DNA from: Sedimentisphaerales bacterium
GTDB taxonomy: Bacteria > Planctomycetota > Phycisphaerae > Sedimentisphaerales > Anaerobacaceae
Reading direction: 5' to 3'
NCBI GenBank assembly: GCA_963708075.1
Contig: OY970194.1
Location: 4,128,001 to 4,192,000 of the forward strand
Length of the DNA stretch: 64,000 nucleotides
The translations under genes were made by a program, and so were the position numbers. Below the pieces are notes generated by a model. That model searched no databases and had not been told where the DNA came from. It was given only the letters and a program-made list of their open reading frames with translations. Shown in pieces: positions 11,308 to 21,497 of this stretch. The stretch's first letter is position 1, and the number at the start of each line of letters is the position of its first letter.

Positions 11308-14300
11308 CTACTTATCCAGCGGCTTCGTCAGCCCGGCCAGGTACGCGATCTCGGCCTGCTGCAAGGTACGATTATAGAGATAGAACTCATCGATGGTGCC
11401 CGGGAAGAAGCGAGAGAGGCTGTCGTGCCTCAGCACGCCGATCGTCAGCCGCGGCAGGACTTCGGCGAACTCTGTGCTGTCCGCCGCTGTGGCCGCCTGC
11501 TCGCCATTGATGTACAACCTGATCGCAGTCGCCGACTTCACGGCCGCCATGTGGTACCACTCCCCGTCAGCGTAGTTGCTGTTGCTGCGCATGTCGTTGC
11601 CACCCGAGGTACCCAGGGGGACCCGATGCAGGAAGCGAAACGCCCCGGTGTCCGTAATCTCCAGCAGCACGCCATGGGAGCTGCCGGAGTAGATCGACAC
11701 CAGGTCCCTCGTGCCGGTGCCGCCCTCCACATTGAACCACATGGCGGCGGAGTACTCGGCAAGGGTGAACGAGCCCTCGACCATGAGATAATCGGTTGCG
11801 CCGTTGAGCTTGATGGCCTGGCCGACCTTGCCGGGGACGTATGTCGGCGTCCCGCCGGCGGTGGCATGCAGCGTTCCCGCGCTGCTGTTCGTGTTGCCCT
11901 CTAAGGCATAATGGATCAGGAGATTCGCCGTATCGGGTTTGACCGGCGTCACGGACTGCCGATCCTGCGAGGACAACCTGATATCGTCGACGAACACGAG
12001 GCCCTTTCCGCCCTCGAAGCCGATGGCCAGCTTGGTAACCTTGCTGAGGTCCACGCCGCTGAACTGGCTCAGGGAGATATACCAGAGATGCCAGGGCTTG
12101 CGAAGAAGATTAGTGGCGTCACCGTCATACGCCACTTTGCGGCCGTTGACCTTCACGTACATCTGCGACGCTGTGTTGGTGGCATTGCCACAGAACCAGA
12201 GCATCAGGGCCTTGATTCCGTGTCCGGTCCAGTCCTGGGGATCCGTGAAGGTCCGTTCCGCCTCGGAAGTCGCCGCGACGGAACTGTCGTAGGACACCGG
12301 CATGGACTGCGTGCCACCATGGACCGTCGCGGTCTCCATGATATTGCCCGCCGTGGGGTCGTACCCGACCATGGCGCCCGTGCCGTTTCCAGGATTCCCC
12401 TTCGGAAAGAACTCATCCTCCGAGAAGCCCATCCCATCGATCCACGTCTGGAAGACCCGCTTGGGCGAATCATTCGTGCAACTCTCGAAGTCATCCACCA
12501 CGAGGTACTCATGGGTCGAGAAGCTCCACACATCGCCTGTCCAGACGCCGGGACGGGCGGCATCGTTGACCTCATCCACTCTCCAGTAGTAAGTCGTCGC
12601 AAGATTGAGGCCGGTCGGATCAAAGCTGTGCGTGCTCACTGTGTTTGCGGAGGCCGTGCCGTTGGCTACGGCATTCGGATCGCTGCTGAGATAGACCTTA
12701 TGCAACGCCGCCTCACGTCCGGGCCGCCAGTTCAGCGTGACATCCAGCTCTTGTCCGGTCGCATCAATGGCCGGCTGGGGCTCTCTAGCCTGGACGGGAA
12801 CATAGAAGAACCGCACTTCGCTCAGGCCCGCCTGAGCCATCCCGCCCCATGTGCTGTTGATGGTCAGCTTGACGTACTTTGCCGGTGCACCACCGAAATC
12901 CACAATCGTATCGTGAACATAGTTGGTCGAGCCGCTTGCACGTGTGAACACGGGTACCCCGCCCAACGGAGTCCACGTACTGCCGTCGGCGGAATACTCG
13001 ATGGCAACATCCTTGGCTCCAAAGCCGATGATATTCTCGTTTGGCTGGTTGTAATTCCAGATCCACAGTTCATCCAGCCGGTAGAGCTTGTCAAATTCGA
13101 ATTGGATCCAGTTCGGCAGCGTACCCTTGCTGAACCACATCTGCTTGACATCCGTTGAATGCTGATCATCCGCGTTCAGGCCGGCTCCGTCGATTGTTTT
13201 CTCCGGCCCCATGTCGGCTTGTGAACTGGACGCCGTGGCGGTCACGTTCGTGATCGGATAGGCATACGGCTCGACTGTAAAGCTCCATACGCTGCCCTTG
13301 GTGATTGACGGGACATTGACCTCATCGACCCTCCAGTAGTAGGTTTGGCCCAGAGCGAGCAGCCCCGGCACGTAGGTGGCGGCATCCTGGCCCTGGCTGA
13401 CCAGTACGTCCTTTGGGCTGGTCCTGCCGGCAGCGTTAACGTCTGCGAGCACGGTTCCAAAGTACACATCATGCGTCCTGGCGAGTTGCCCGGGGGACCA
13501 GCTCAGGACCGCATCACGAGCTATGTCCTCTGCACCGTTTCCCGGCGAAGGCCCTCCTGCGGCGAGGTACGGATGACTGGTCACATCCTCCCAGGTGGTG
13601 CCCAATCGCATCAAATCCACTTCCTTCTCGCCCGAATTGCTCTGACCGACACGGAAACTGAACCCGATGATTCCCGTCGCCGGGTTGATGTCATTGCCCG
13701 TCTCGGCGATGGCGGTTGCGTCCGCCGCGGGTTCGGGCGCCCCGACCGGCGGGTTCACCCATAGTTGCACGGTGTCATTATTCGACCCCGGGACCATCGT
13801 AACCTTCATGACCACCAAGGCGGTCTGTCCCAGCGGAATGGGTTTCTTACTCAGCACCGTAGCGGTGCGCATGCGGCAACCCAATTCCACTTGCCCGTTG
13901 GTATTCTTGCCGTCAATTCTCCCGAGCTGGCCCTGGATCGAGCCTGTCGTGTCAAGCTGGAACCAGTATGTGCCGGGAATACTCAGGGGCTTGTAAAGGA
14001 AGGACGCGTAAAGGGAATTCCCTTCACCGGTCACCGGCCTTGACAGAGCGTGGTAGATGTTGTTCGAACCTGCCTTTACGTAAAGTCGTCCATCCTGGGA
14101 GGTGATGCCGGGGTACTGAAGCGAGTTCGTGCCGCCGTCTCCCAATCCGTCGTCATTTAACACCCAGTGGGCGGTGGCATCAGTAGCGGTCCACCCTCCG
14201 ATGCCATTAAGATTCGTTCTGTCCGCATAGGCAAAGTCATCGGAAAACAACACCTCCGCCCCAGCAGGTGCGCTCAGGACCAAGCCGAACATCAGGACCA

Positions 14301-14340
14301 ACCCTCGGACGACGACACGGAAGATGCACTGCTTCCACAT
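11308..14340 (-). CDS. Large secreted protein with discoidin (F5/8 type C)-like and C-terminal LamG-like jelly-roll domains
   Basis: AGGAGG RBS; signal peptide; two TYYWRVDEVN..G.VWSF modules; ATASSS..WIQFEFD..GLSEVRF; WYHMAAV..LYING..FPGTIDEFYLYNR. Confidence 0.9.
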   Translation of the reverse strand: MWKQCIFRVVVRGLVLMFGLVLSAPAGAEVLFSDDFAYADRTNLNGIGGWTATDATAHWVLNDDGLGDGGTNSLQYPGITSQDGRLYVKAGSNNIYHALSRPVTGEGNSLYASFLYKPLSIPGTYWFQLDTTGSIQGQLGRIDGKNTNGQVELGCRMRTATVLSKKPIPLGQTALVVMKVTMVPGSNNDTVQLWVNPPVGAPEPAADATAIAETGNDINPATGIIGFSFRVGQSNSGEKEVDLMRLGTTWEDVTSHPYLAAGGPSPGNGAEDIARDAVLSWSPGQLARTHDVYFGTVLADVNAAGRTSPKDVLVSQGQDAATYVPGLLALGQTYYWRVDEVNVPSITKGSVWSFTVEPYAYPITNVTATASSSQADMGPEKTIDGAGLNADDQHSTDVKQMWFSKGTLPNWIQFEFDKLYRLDELWIWNYNQPNENIIGFGAKDVAIEYSADGSTWTPLGGVPVFTRASGSTNYVHDTIVDFGGAPAKYVKLTINSTWGGMAQAGLSEVRFFYVPVQAREPQPAIDATGQELDVTLNWRPGREAALHKVYLSSDPNAVANGTASANTVSTHSFDPTGLNLATTYYWRVDEVNDAARPGVWTGDVWSFSTHEYLVVDDFESCTNDSPKRVFQTWIDGMGFSEDEFFPKGNPGNGTGAMVGYDPTAGNIMETATVHGGTQSMPVSYDSSVAATSEAERTFTDPQDWTGHGIKALMLWFCGNATNTASQMYVKVNGRKVAYDGDATNLLRKPWHLWYISLSQFSGVDLSKVTKLAIGFEGGKGLVFVDDIRLSSQDRQSVTPVKPDTANLLIHYALEGNTNSSAGTLHATAGGTPTYVPGKVGQAIKLNGATDYLMVEGSFTLAEYSAAMWFNVEGGTGTRDLVSIYSGSSHGVLLEITDTGAFRFLHRVPLGTSGGNDMRSNSNYADGEWYHMAAVKSATAIRLYINGEQAATAADSTEFAEVLPRLTIGVLRHDSLSRFFPGTIDEFYLYNRTLQQAEIAYLAGLTKPLDK

Positions 14341-14490
14341 GACCAACCTCCTGCCTTTTACAGACTTTCAGCTCAGCGAACTCTACGCTTATGCGAGCAA
14401 GACACATGGGTCAGGACCTTCGAGGCGGTCCGACTGCACGTTGACACGGCAGGAGTAGGGCATCGATGTGCGCACCCGACTCCTATAGCC

Positions 14491-14519
14491 TTTATAACAA
14501 ATGAGCCGATCTTAGTCAA
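14491..14519 (-). promoter_or_regulatory. Sigma70-type promoter for the LamG gene
   Basis: Minus strand TTGACT-N17-TATAAA with TG extension. Confidence 0.65.
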
Positions 14520-14541
14520 CGCGTAGCTGACACGAGGCACG

Positions 14542-14572
14542 GTTGAACCAGCGACACACGGATTTTCAGTCC
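14542..14572 (-). repeat. tRNA-Phe internal fragment, att-like copy 2
   Basis: 31-nt identity to 55654-55684; followed by taagtcctt..ataag and direct repeats ACAAGTGGATAGC/ACAAGTGGCTAAC. Confidence 0.95.
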
Positions 14573-14681
14573 TTGGCTCAGCTCATAAGTCCTTATACAA
14601 TAAGATGTTACAGGCGCACAATTGGCGTTTTTCGAGAGATACAAGTGGATAGCAACTCGGCTACCACTCAGTGACAAGTGG

Positions 14682-15287
14682 CTAACACGTGACGACTGAC
14701 CCACTTTTGACCCCATCGCTCGTTCCGGAGATACTGTTCCAGCCGGGCCCGAGGCTATCAATCTTGATGAGGTCGGCGCTACCTGGAGTGATGAACGTGA
14801 ATGTTGAGGTGCCGGTGGAAGCACCATCAATGAATACGGGCTCAAGGCCGGTGAAGGAAATCAAGGTGGCGCCGACCTGAATCGTGCTGTCGCCGAAGAC
14901 CACGCCCGGAGCGTAAGTCCCCGCAAAAATGCCACTTATGACGGGAGTATCATACCCCCCTGCACCACCGTGGAAGGTGACGGGAATGGGCAGATCGCCG
15001 CGGCTCAAGTCCACGACGAGGGTGTCGTCCGTCTCATCCAAACCCCGGATGATCAGACCACAGATCCCCTCCTCGGCCAACCGTTTCCGCTGGAAGTCCC
15101 ATACATCGATCATCCCTGAAGCTGTCACGGTCAGGATCGAGCCCGCCTGTGGCGGAGGATTCGAAACGTGCAATGTGTCGAGGAGTCGCGACTCGAGAGA
15201 CTCCACGCTGTAGTTCGTCTCGCCATCGCGCGGACCAGCCGCGGGCTGTTTTCTCCCCGAACGCGTTGCCCACCATCGTGCTAACAC
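14682..15287 (-). pseudogene. Internally deleted, 3'-truncated paralogue of the giant LEPRxLL protein N-terminus
   Basis: VESLESRLL|DTLHVSNPPPQ..TVTASGMIDVWDFQ..DETDDTLVVDLSRGDLP..FTGLEP, colinear with ~46300-47330. Confidence 0.85.
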
Positions 15288-15367
15288 TGCGAAGAAAGCA
15301 ACCCTTCAGGCTTCTGTCCGGATCGCAGGGTGACAGGACATCCTGCGCAAGATGTTCCGAAAAGGCG

Positions 15368-15395
15368 TTGCAACCATGCGGAGGCAGTGTACAAT
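15368..15395 (+). promoter_or_regulatory. Putative sigma70 promoter for the GAF-HlyD/M50/SecA-like operon
   Basis: TTGCAA-N16-TACAAT upstream of ATG 15443. Confidence 0.45.
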
Positions 15396-15442
15396 CAGAG
15401 TTGATTGGCTTGTGTTCTTGTGTCCAAGATAGGGTACGGCTG

Positions 15443-17308
15443 ATGGCGGACGAGTTGTCTCATACTCCAGAAGATGCCAATGAAGGCTCGCCGCCGCGAG
15501 CTGAAGGACCATCAAATCGAGCGCCAGGTGCCGAAGCGGGACTGGGTCGGTTCTTTACTCAGCTTTTGGCTATGCAATGCCACTGCTGCCGAGCCAAACA
15601 TGGTGCGGTGCTCCAGCTGGATGGCGATAAGACCTTCCGGACAGTGGCCTTGTTTCCGTCGGGGCAGATTGAGCAGGAACAACAGCAATGGCTGCAGCGT
15701 TCTGCGGCGGCAGCGAGCCAGGTATTCGCCGGCGGTGGAGCTGCGGTTGTGCCCGTGGACGGGGACTTGCGAACCCATGCGGTTATTGTGCCCCTTCGAA
15801 TTTCCGGCCACGACCGGCTGTTGGCGACGCTCCTGGTCAAGACGGCCGAAAAGACTGCCTTGGAAGGAGCCAGACAACTGCTCGAACTGACGACGCTTGT
15901 GGTCGGCATGACGTGCGAACACTTGTCCTCGCACGGCAAAGAGACCGCCCTGCAGAAGTTACACAAGGGATTGGAGGTCCTCGCAGGGACCAACCGCCAG
16001 AACCGCTTTCGGGCCGTGGCGATGGCCTTCTGTAATGAGATGGCCTCGCAGTGGCAGTGCGAGCGGGCCAGTCTTGGCTTTCTCAAGGGCCGCTATGTCC
16101 AGGTGAAGGCCATGAGCCATGCCGAGCACTTCAGCCGCAAGATGCGACTGGTGCAGGACATCGAAGCCACCATGGAGGAGTGCCTGGACCAGGATTGCGA
16201 GGTCATCTATCCCTCTTCGGCTGACGCGACTTACATTGCACGAGCGGCCGGTGAGTTGTCGGATCATCACGGCCCAAAGACCCTCATGAGCCTGCCATTA
16301 CGACAGGAGAGCCGGCCCATAGCCGTAGTCACTCTGGAGCGGATTGCCGGCCAGGCATTTACAGATGACGAAGCCGAGGCCATCCGGCTGGCGTGCGATC
16401 TGTGTGCCCCACGACTACTGAACCTGCAACACTACGATCGCTGGATCGGAGCCAGGATGGCCGCCAATGCTCGTCGCGGGTTAGCCGTCGTGCTGGGTGC
16501 CCAGTACACCTGGACCAAACTGGCGGTGATTGGCGGCTTCGTCCTTGTGCTGTTTTTGGTCTTCGCCAAGGGTTGGTACAAAGTCAAAGCTCCCTTTGTC
16601 TTTGAGGCGATCTCTCAGTACAAGATCGCTGCCCCATTCGATGGGTTTATCAAGAGCGTGGGTGTAGAGGTCGGCGACCGCATCGTGGAGGGCCAGACCG
16701 CTTTGGCGGAGTTGGATACAGCCGAGCTGCGACTACAGTTGGCTTCCGCCAAGGCCGAACAGGCCGGCTATCTCAAGCAGGCGGATGCCGCCATGCGAGA
16801 CGGCAAGACCGCCGAGGCCCAGATCGCCCAGGCGAGCGCCGATAGGGCTCAGGCTCAGATGGACCTGCTCAGTTATCACATCAGCCAGGCACGGATTCTG
16901 TCTCCCGTGACCGGCACGCTCGTGACCGGCGATCTCAAGCGCCAGATCGGTGCTCCCGTGGAGACAGGCAAGGTACTTTTTGAAGTTGCTCCCCTGGATT
17001 CTTTGCGAGCCGAACTGTATGTATCGGAGGATGAAGTGTCGGACGTGGCGGTAGGTCAACAGGGTTATCTGGCGACGGCCACCTATCCGGGGGACCGGAT
17101 CGGCTTTGCGGTGGAGCGAGTGAATCCGGCGGCGGAGGTAGTCAGCAATCGCAACGTCTTCAAGGTGTGGGTGAAGCTCTCGGAGAGCCGGCCCTGGATG
17201 CGGCCGGGCATGGAGGGTGTGGCGAAAGTCACGATCGAGAAACGCCCCTACGCATGGATCTGGACGAGGAAGGTTGTCAACTGGATACGGATGAAGCTGT
17301 GGCTTTAG
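15443..17308 (+). CDS. HlyD/MFP periplasmic adaptor with N-terminal GAF-like domains
   Basis: GAF-like region (CERASLG..MEECLDQ..SLPL..VVTLER), one TM, IAAPFDGFI..V..GD lipoyl half, coiled coil, ILSPVTG, MRPGMEG.AK. Confidence 0.88.
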   Translation: MADELSHTPEDANEGSPPRAEGPSNRAPGAEAGLGRFFTQLLAMQCHCCRAKHGAVLQLDGDKTFRTVALFPSGQIEQEQQQWLQRSAAAASQVFAGGGAAVVPVDGDLRTHAVIVPLRISGHDRLLATLLVKTAEKTALEGARQLLELTTLVVGMTCEHLSSHGKETALQKLHKGLEVLAGTNRQNRFRAVAMAFCNEMASQWQCERASLGFLKGRYVQVKAMSHAEHFSRKMRLVQDIEATMEECLDQDCEVIYPSSADATYIARAAGELSDHHGPKTLMSLPLRQESRPIAVVTLERIAGQAFTDDEAEAIRLACDLCAPRLLNLQHYDRWIGARMAANARRGLAVVLGAQYTWTKLAVIGGFVLVLFLVFAKGWYKVKAPFVFEAISQYKIAAPFDGFIKSVGVEVGDRIVEGQTALAELDTAELRLQLASAKAEQAGYLKQADAAMRDGKTAEAQIAQASADRAQAQMDLLSYHISQARILSPVTGTLVTGDLKRQIGAPVETGKVLFEVAPLDSLRAELYVSEDEVSDVAVGQQGYLATATYPGDRIGFAVERVNPAAEVVSNRNVFKVWVKLSESRPWMRPGMEGVAKVTIEKRPYAWIWTRKVVNWIRMKLWL

Positions 17309-17324
17309 GGGGGCAGCGGTTCCC

Positions 17325-19511
17325 ATGGCGGTAGATCGTCCGACATTCCATGAGTCCTGGTACCGCGTGGCGGATCTGCGGCCGAGGCTGCTATCAGGGG
17401 TAAACATCCGGCGGCAGTACTTCCGGGGGCAATTGTGGTATATCCTTGAAAACCCCGCCAATAGCGAATACGCCCGCATCGCAGAGAACGCCTACCGCTT
17501 CATCGGCGCCCTCGACGGCCGAAGGACGGTGGCCGAGCTCTGGCAATTGTGTAACCAGCAGCTCGGCGATGGCGCCCCAACCCAGGGGGAGGTCATCCAA
17601 CTGCTCGGCCAGCTCCACGGGATGAATCTTTTGTATGTGGATTTGCCCCCGGATGCCGAGGGGCTGCTCAACCGCTACAACCGCCGCATCCAGCGACAGG
17701 TCCTGAACTATCTGGCGAACCTGCTTTTCCTGCGGATTCCGCTGATCGACCCTGATGCATTCCTGGAGCGCTGGGTGGGTGTGCTTGGATCGGTCTTCAG
17801 TTGGACTGGCTTTTGCTTGTGGATGGTCTTGCTGGTCGCGGGATTGTATTTCGTCATCGGCAACTACAGCGAGCTGGTTGCCCAGAGTGCCGACGTACTG
17901 GCCCCGGGCAACCTGTTCCTGCTGTACCTGGCCTTCGTCGTCGTCAAGATCTTCCACGAGTTCAGCCACGCCTTCGCCTGCAAGAAGCTGGGGCGGCTCA
18001 ATCGCAGCAGCGGCGAAGTCCACAGCATGGGTGTGATGTTCCTGGTGCTGTTTCCCCTGCCATACGTGGACGCCTCCAGCGCTTGGGCCTTTCGCAACAA
18101 ATGGCACCGGGCGATTGTGGGCATGGCCGGAGTCATGGCGGAACTGGCCGCGGCGTCCGTCGCCGCCATCGTCTGGGCACAGACTTCCACGGGGACTATC
18201 CACATCATTGCCTACAACGTCATCTTCGTCGCCAGTGTTTCGACGATCTTGTTCAACGGCAACCCCCTGCTGAGGTTCGATGCCTACTATGTGCTTTGCG
18301 ATCTGCTGGAGATTCCCAACCTGGCCCAGCGGTCGAAGAACTACATCTATTACCTGGTCAAGCGATATGTCTGGGGCCTTAAGAAGCTCCGGAACCCCGC
18401 CTACGGCCCTGGAGAGACCTTCTGGTTCATCGCTTACGGTCCCGCGTCGACTGTCTATCGCATCTATATCAGCATACGAATCCTCCTATTCCTCAATCGG
18501 CGCCTTCCCGAGGAATTGTTCATTCTTGTTCCGTTGTTAGCGATAGCCGCCATCGTGGGCTGGCTGTTCGCACCGCTGGCGCGATTCATCAGGTACTTGG
18601 CGACAGGCCCTGAGCTTACCCGCAATCGCCGCCGGGCGGTCGTGTCCACTGTGGGCGGTCTGTGCGTGACAGTAGTCCTTATGGGCCTGATTCGCATGCC
18701 GGACCATTACCGTATCGAAGGGATCGTCGAGCCCGCTCATCTCGCCCTGATCCACGCAGAAAGTGACGGCTTTGTCACCGGTTTTCTCCCATCCGAGTCG
18801 GTTGCCTCGCCAGATGGCCAGTCCCTTGTACAGGCAGTCAATCGGGAGTTGGAGGCGGAGAAGGCGAGCCTGCTGGCGGAGCGACGTGGCCTGGAGGCGA
18901 GGCACCGTCTGGCTGAGACCCAGGAGACCGCCGCGGCACAGATCATCGCCGAGCAGATCGACGCTCTCAATGAAAGCCTTGCCCGCGTCCAGTGGCAACT
19001 GGATAACCTGAACTTGAAGCCGCCGTTCAAAGGCATCTGGGTGGCCCCGGAGATCGATCGCACCAAAGGCACATACCTGAAACGGGGTGAAAGAATCGGC
19101 TTCGTCGGCAGCCTGGAGGATCTGATCATTCGCGTGACCGCCGGGCAGGATGTCGCCGCTATGATCTTTGAGCAGGCACACAAGACCGTTGAGATTCGGG
19201 TCAAAGGCCGGCCGGACAGGACCTTCACAGGCCAGATCGAGAAGATCTTCCCCGCCGGCAGCGATGAGCTGCCCTCTGAGGCCTTGAGCTATGCCGCCGG
19301 TGGTGACGTGCCCACGCGTTCACCAACGCCACAGGATAGAACCGCGGCAGAGAAGTTCTTCGAGATTCGCATCAGGCCCGTGGCATCGGACGCTTCGGCC
19401 TTATTCACGGGCCAGCGGGTAGTAGCCAGGCTCACCATGACAAGCAAATCGCTTCTGGCCCAGTGGTGGCAGTCGGGCAGGCGGCTGTTCCAGAGGAGGT
19501 TCCACATCTAA
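17325..19511 (+). CDS. M50 (site-2) metallopeptidase-like membrane protein with PqqD-like N-terminus and HlyD-like C-terminus
   Basis: LDGRRTVAEL; HEFSH; YVDASSAW; NGNPLLRFDAYY; C-terminal coiled coil and barrel-sandwich. Confidence 0.88.
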   Translation: MAVDRPTFHESWYRVADLRPRLLSGVNIRRQYFRGQLWYILENPANSEYARIAENAYRFIGALDGRRTVAELWQLCNQQLGDGAPTQGEVIQLLGQLHGMNLLYVDLPPDAEGLLNRYNRRIQRQVLNYLANLLFLRIPLIDPDAFLERWVGVLGSVFSWTGFCLWMVLLVAGLYFVIGNYSELVAQSADVLAPGNLFLLYLAFVVVKIFHEFSHAFACKKLGRLNRSSGEVHSMGVMFLVLFPLPYVDASSAWAFRNKWHRAIVGMAGVMAELAAASVAAIVWAQTSTGTIHIIAYNVIFVASVSTILFNGNPLLRFDAYYVLCDLLEIPNLAQRSKNYIYYLVKRYVWGLKKLRNPAYGPGETFWFIAYGPASTVYRIYISIRILLFLNRRLPEELFILVPLLAIAAIVGWLFAPLARFIRYLATGPELTRNRRRAVVSTVGGLCVTVVLMGLIRMPDHYRIEGIVEPAHLALIHAESDGFVTGFLPSESVASPDGQSLVQAVNRELEAEKASLLAERRGLEARHRLAETQETAAAQIIAEQIDALNESLARVQWQLDNLNLKPPFKGIWVAPEIDRTKGTYLKRGERIGFVGSLEDLIIRVTAGQDVAAMIFEQAHKTVEIRVKGRPDRTFTGQIEKIFPAGSDELPSEALSYAAGGDVPTRSPTPQDRTAAEKFFEIRIRPVASDASALFTGQRVVARLTMTSKSLLAQWWQSGRRLFQRRFHI

Positions 19512-21497
19512 ATGGCGGCCCTCTCCCACGTAAGCTGGAAGACGCTCGATCAGGGCCTGCAGGCGAAACCCCTGCCCCAAGGCGCAGACGCCGCTTGGCA
19601 TGCAGGAGCGGGCATGCTAAGTCGATGCCTCCCACGACAGCGGTGGTTCCTTCGCCGGGCCCGGAAAATTGCGGAGCTGGATACGCAGTTCTCCGCCCTG
19701 ACGGACCACAAGCTGCGAGAAGAGGCCACCGGGCTTCGACAGGTGTTTCGGCTGGGCCGGGACAAGGCAGACGACTTGGATCGGGCATTTGCCATCGTGC
19801 GGGAGGTTGCCCTGCGGCAGATCGGTGAAAAGCCTTTCCCCGTCCAGATAGCAGGAGCTTTGGCTCTGGCCAAAGGCTGTGTCGTAGAGATGGCTACGGG
19901 CGAGGGCAAGACTTTAAGCGCTACACTGCCCGCGACGGTCGCTGGCTGGCGAGGCCAGGGCTGTCACATCATCACGGTCAACGACTACCTGGCCAAGCGG
20001 GATGCCGAATGGATGGGCCGCATTTATCAGTTTTGCGGGCTTCGGGCCACCTATATCGAGCAGGGCATGGCCCCGGAGGATCGCAGGAACGCCTACGCAG
20101 CGGATATCACCTACTGCACGAACAAGGAAGTGACGGCGGATTTCCTGCGGGATCGACTGCTTCTGGGCCGGTTGCGGGGGTCCAGTTCCGCCCTCTTATC
20201 CAAGATTGCCTCCGACGGCAGGTCCCCTCTGGATCGTCTGGTCCAAAGAGGGCTGCAGTGGGCAATTGTCGATGAAGCGGACTCCATCCTTGTCGATGAA
20301 GCCGTAACTCCTTTGATTATCTCCGGACCCGCTCCCAATCCCGAGCAGACGCAAGCCTTCTGCCAGGCGGTGAAGATTGCGGAAAGTCTCACCCCTCCAA
20401 GAGATTACTCGGTCAATCCTCGCTACCGGGAGGTGGAACTGACCGCCGAGGGACGCCGGCGTCTGGCAGATTTGGCGGCGCCTTTGCCAGGGATCTGGCA
20501 AGGCGCCCGCCGCCGCGAGGAGATCGTGACGAAGGCCCTCGTCGCCCAGCAGCTCTACCTCAAGGATAAGCACTACATCGTCAGCGATGGCAAAGTCGTC
20601 ATCGTGGATGATTTCACCGGCCGCATTATGCCGGACCGCTCCTGGCGGGATGGATTGCACCAGGCGATCGAGGCCAAAGAGGGGCTGGAGGTCACCGCCT
20701 GGAAGGATACCTACGCACGAATCAGCTTTCAGCGGTTCTTTCGATCGTACAAGCACCTGGCCGGCATGACAGGCACGGCCCAGGAGGCCGCCGGCGAGTT
20801 CTGGCAGATCTACAATCTGCCCGTAGTGACGATCCCGACGAATCGGCCGTGCATCCGGAGGGTACTGCCGGATATCGTTCTATCCGGCAAAGAGATCAAA
20901 TGGCAGCGGCTCGTACAGGAGATTCGTAAAGTTCACGATAACGGCAGGCCGATCCTCGTGGGAACACGAAGTGTTCGAGACAGTGAATACCTGAGCATCC
21001 TGCTAACAGCCGAGCATCTGGATCATCAGGTGCTTAATGCGGTCCGCCATCGTGAGGAGGCCCAGATCGTCGCTGAGGCGGGTCAACCCGGCAGGATTAC
21101 CGTGGCGACGAACATGGCCGGCCGAGGCACCGACATCAAACTCGGTCGGGGCGTGGCTGAACTTGGGGGTCTGCACGTGATTGCCGCTGAGCGAAATGAG
21201 TCCGGCCGGATCGACCGCCAGCTCTTCGGCCGGTGTGCCCGCCAGGGCGATCCGGGAAGTGCCCAGGCGATAGTGTCACTGGAGGATGAGTTCGTCTGCC
21301 GCTACGCAACACACCTTGCCGGCCACTTCAAACGCCGCCACGCTCAAGCCTCGGGAGACCTTTCTTCCATCCTCGCCAGGACAACATTTCATCTGGCCCA
21401 GTACCGCGCCGACAGATTCGCCCTGAGCCAGCGTAAGGCGGTCATGCGGGCCGATCACTGGCTCGATGAGACCATCGGCTTTGCCGGTAGGGCTTAG
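19512..21497 (+). CDS. Accessory, C-terminally shortened SecA-like ATPase
   Basis: EMATGEGKT, TVNDYLAKRD, IVDEADSILVDEA, GLHQAIEAKE, GMTGTA, IPTNRP, ATNMAGRGTDI, RIDRQLFGRCARQGDPG; only 661 aa. Confidence 0.93.
   Translation: MAALSHVSWKTLDQGLQAKPLPQGADAAWHAGAGMLSRCLPRQRWFLRRARKIAELDTQFSALTDHKLREEATGLRQVFRLGRDKADDLDRAFAIVREVALRQIGEKPFPVQIAGALALAKGCVVEMATGEGKTLSATLPATVAGWRGQGCHIITVNDYLAKRDAEWMGRIYQFCGLRATYIEQGMAPEDRRNAYAADITYCTNKEVTADFLRDRLLLGRLRGSSSALLSKIASDGRSPLDRLVQRGLQWAIVDEADSILVDEAVTPLIISGPAPNPEQTQAFCQAVKIAESLTPPRDYSVNPRYREVELTAEGRRRLADLAAPLPGIWQGARRREEIVTKALVAQQLYLKDKHYIVSDGKVVIVDDFTGRIMPDRSWRDGLHQAIEAKEGLEVTAWKDTYARISFQRFFRSYKHLAGMTGTAQEAAGEFWQIYNLPVVTIPTNRPCIRRVLPDIVLSGKEIKWQRLVQEIRKVHDNGRPILVGTRSVRDSEYLSILLTAEHLDHQVLNAVRHREEAQIVAEAGQPGRITVATNMAGRGTDIKLGRGVAELGGLHVIAAERNESGRIDRQLFGRCARQGDPGSAQAIVSLEDEFVCRYATHLAGHFKRRHAQASGDLSSILARTTFHLAQYRADRFALSQRKAVMRADHWLDETIGFAGRA

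Noticed and set aside
15320..15348. Second tRNA-Pro-like T-arm fragment on the minus strand
   Set aside because: Too short and lacks the TTC loop; probably a chance hairpin
19512..21497. Housekeeping secA
   Set aside because: Much shorter than canonical SecA, lacks the C-terminal region, and lies in an island operon with HlyD/M50 genes
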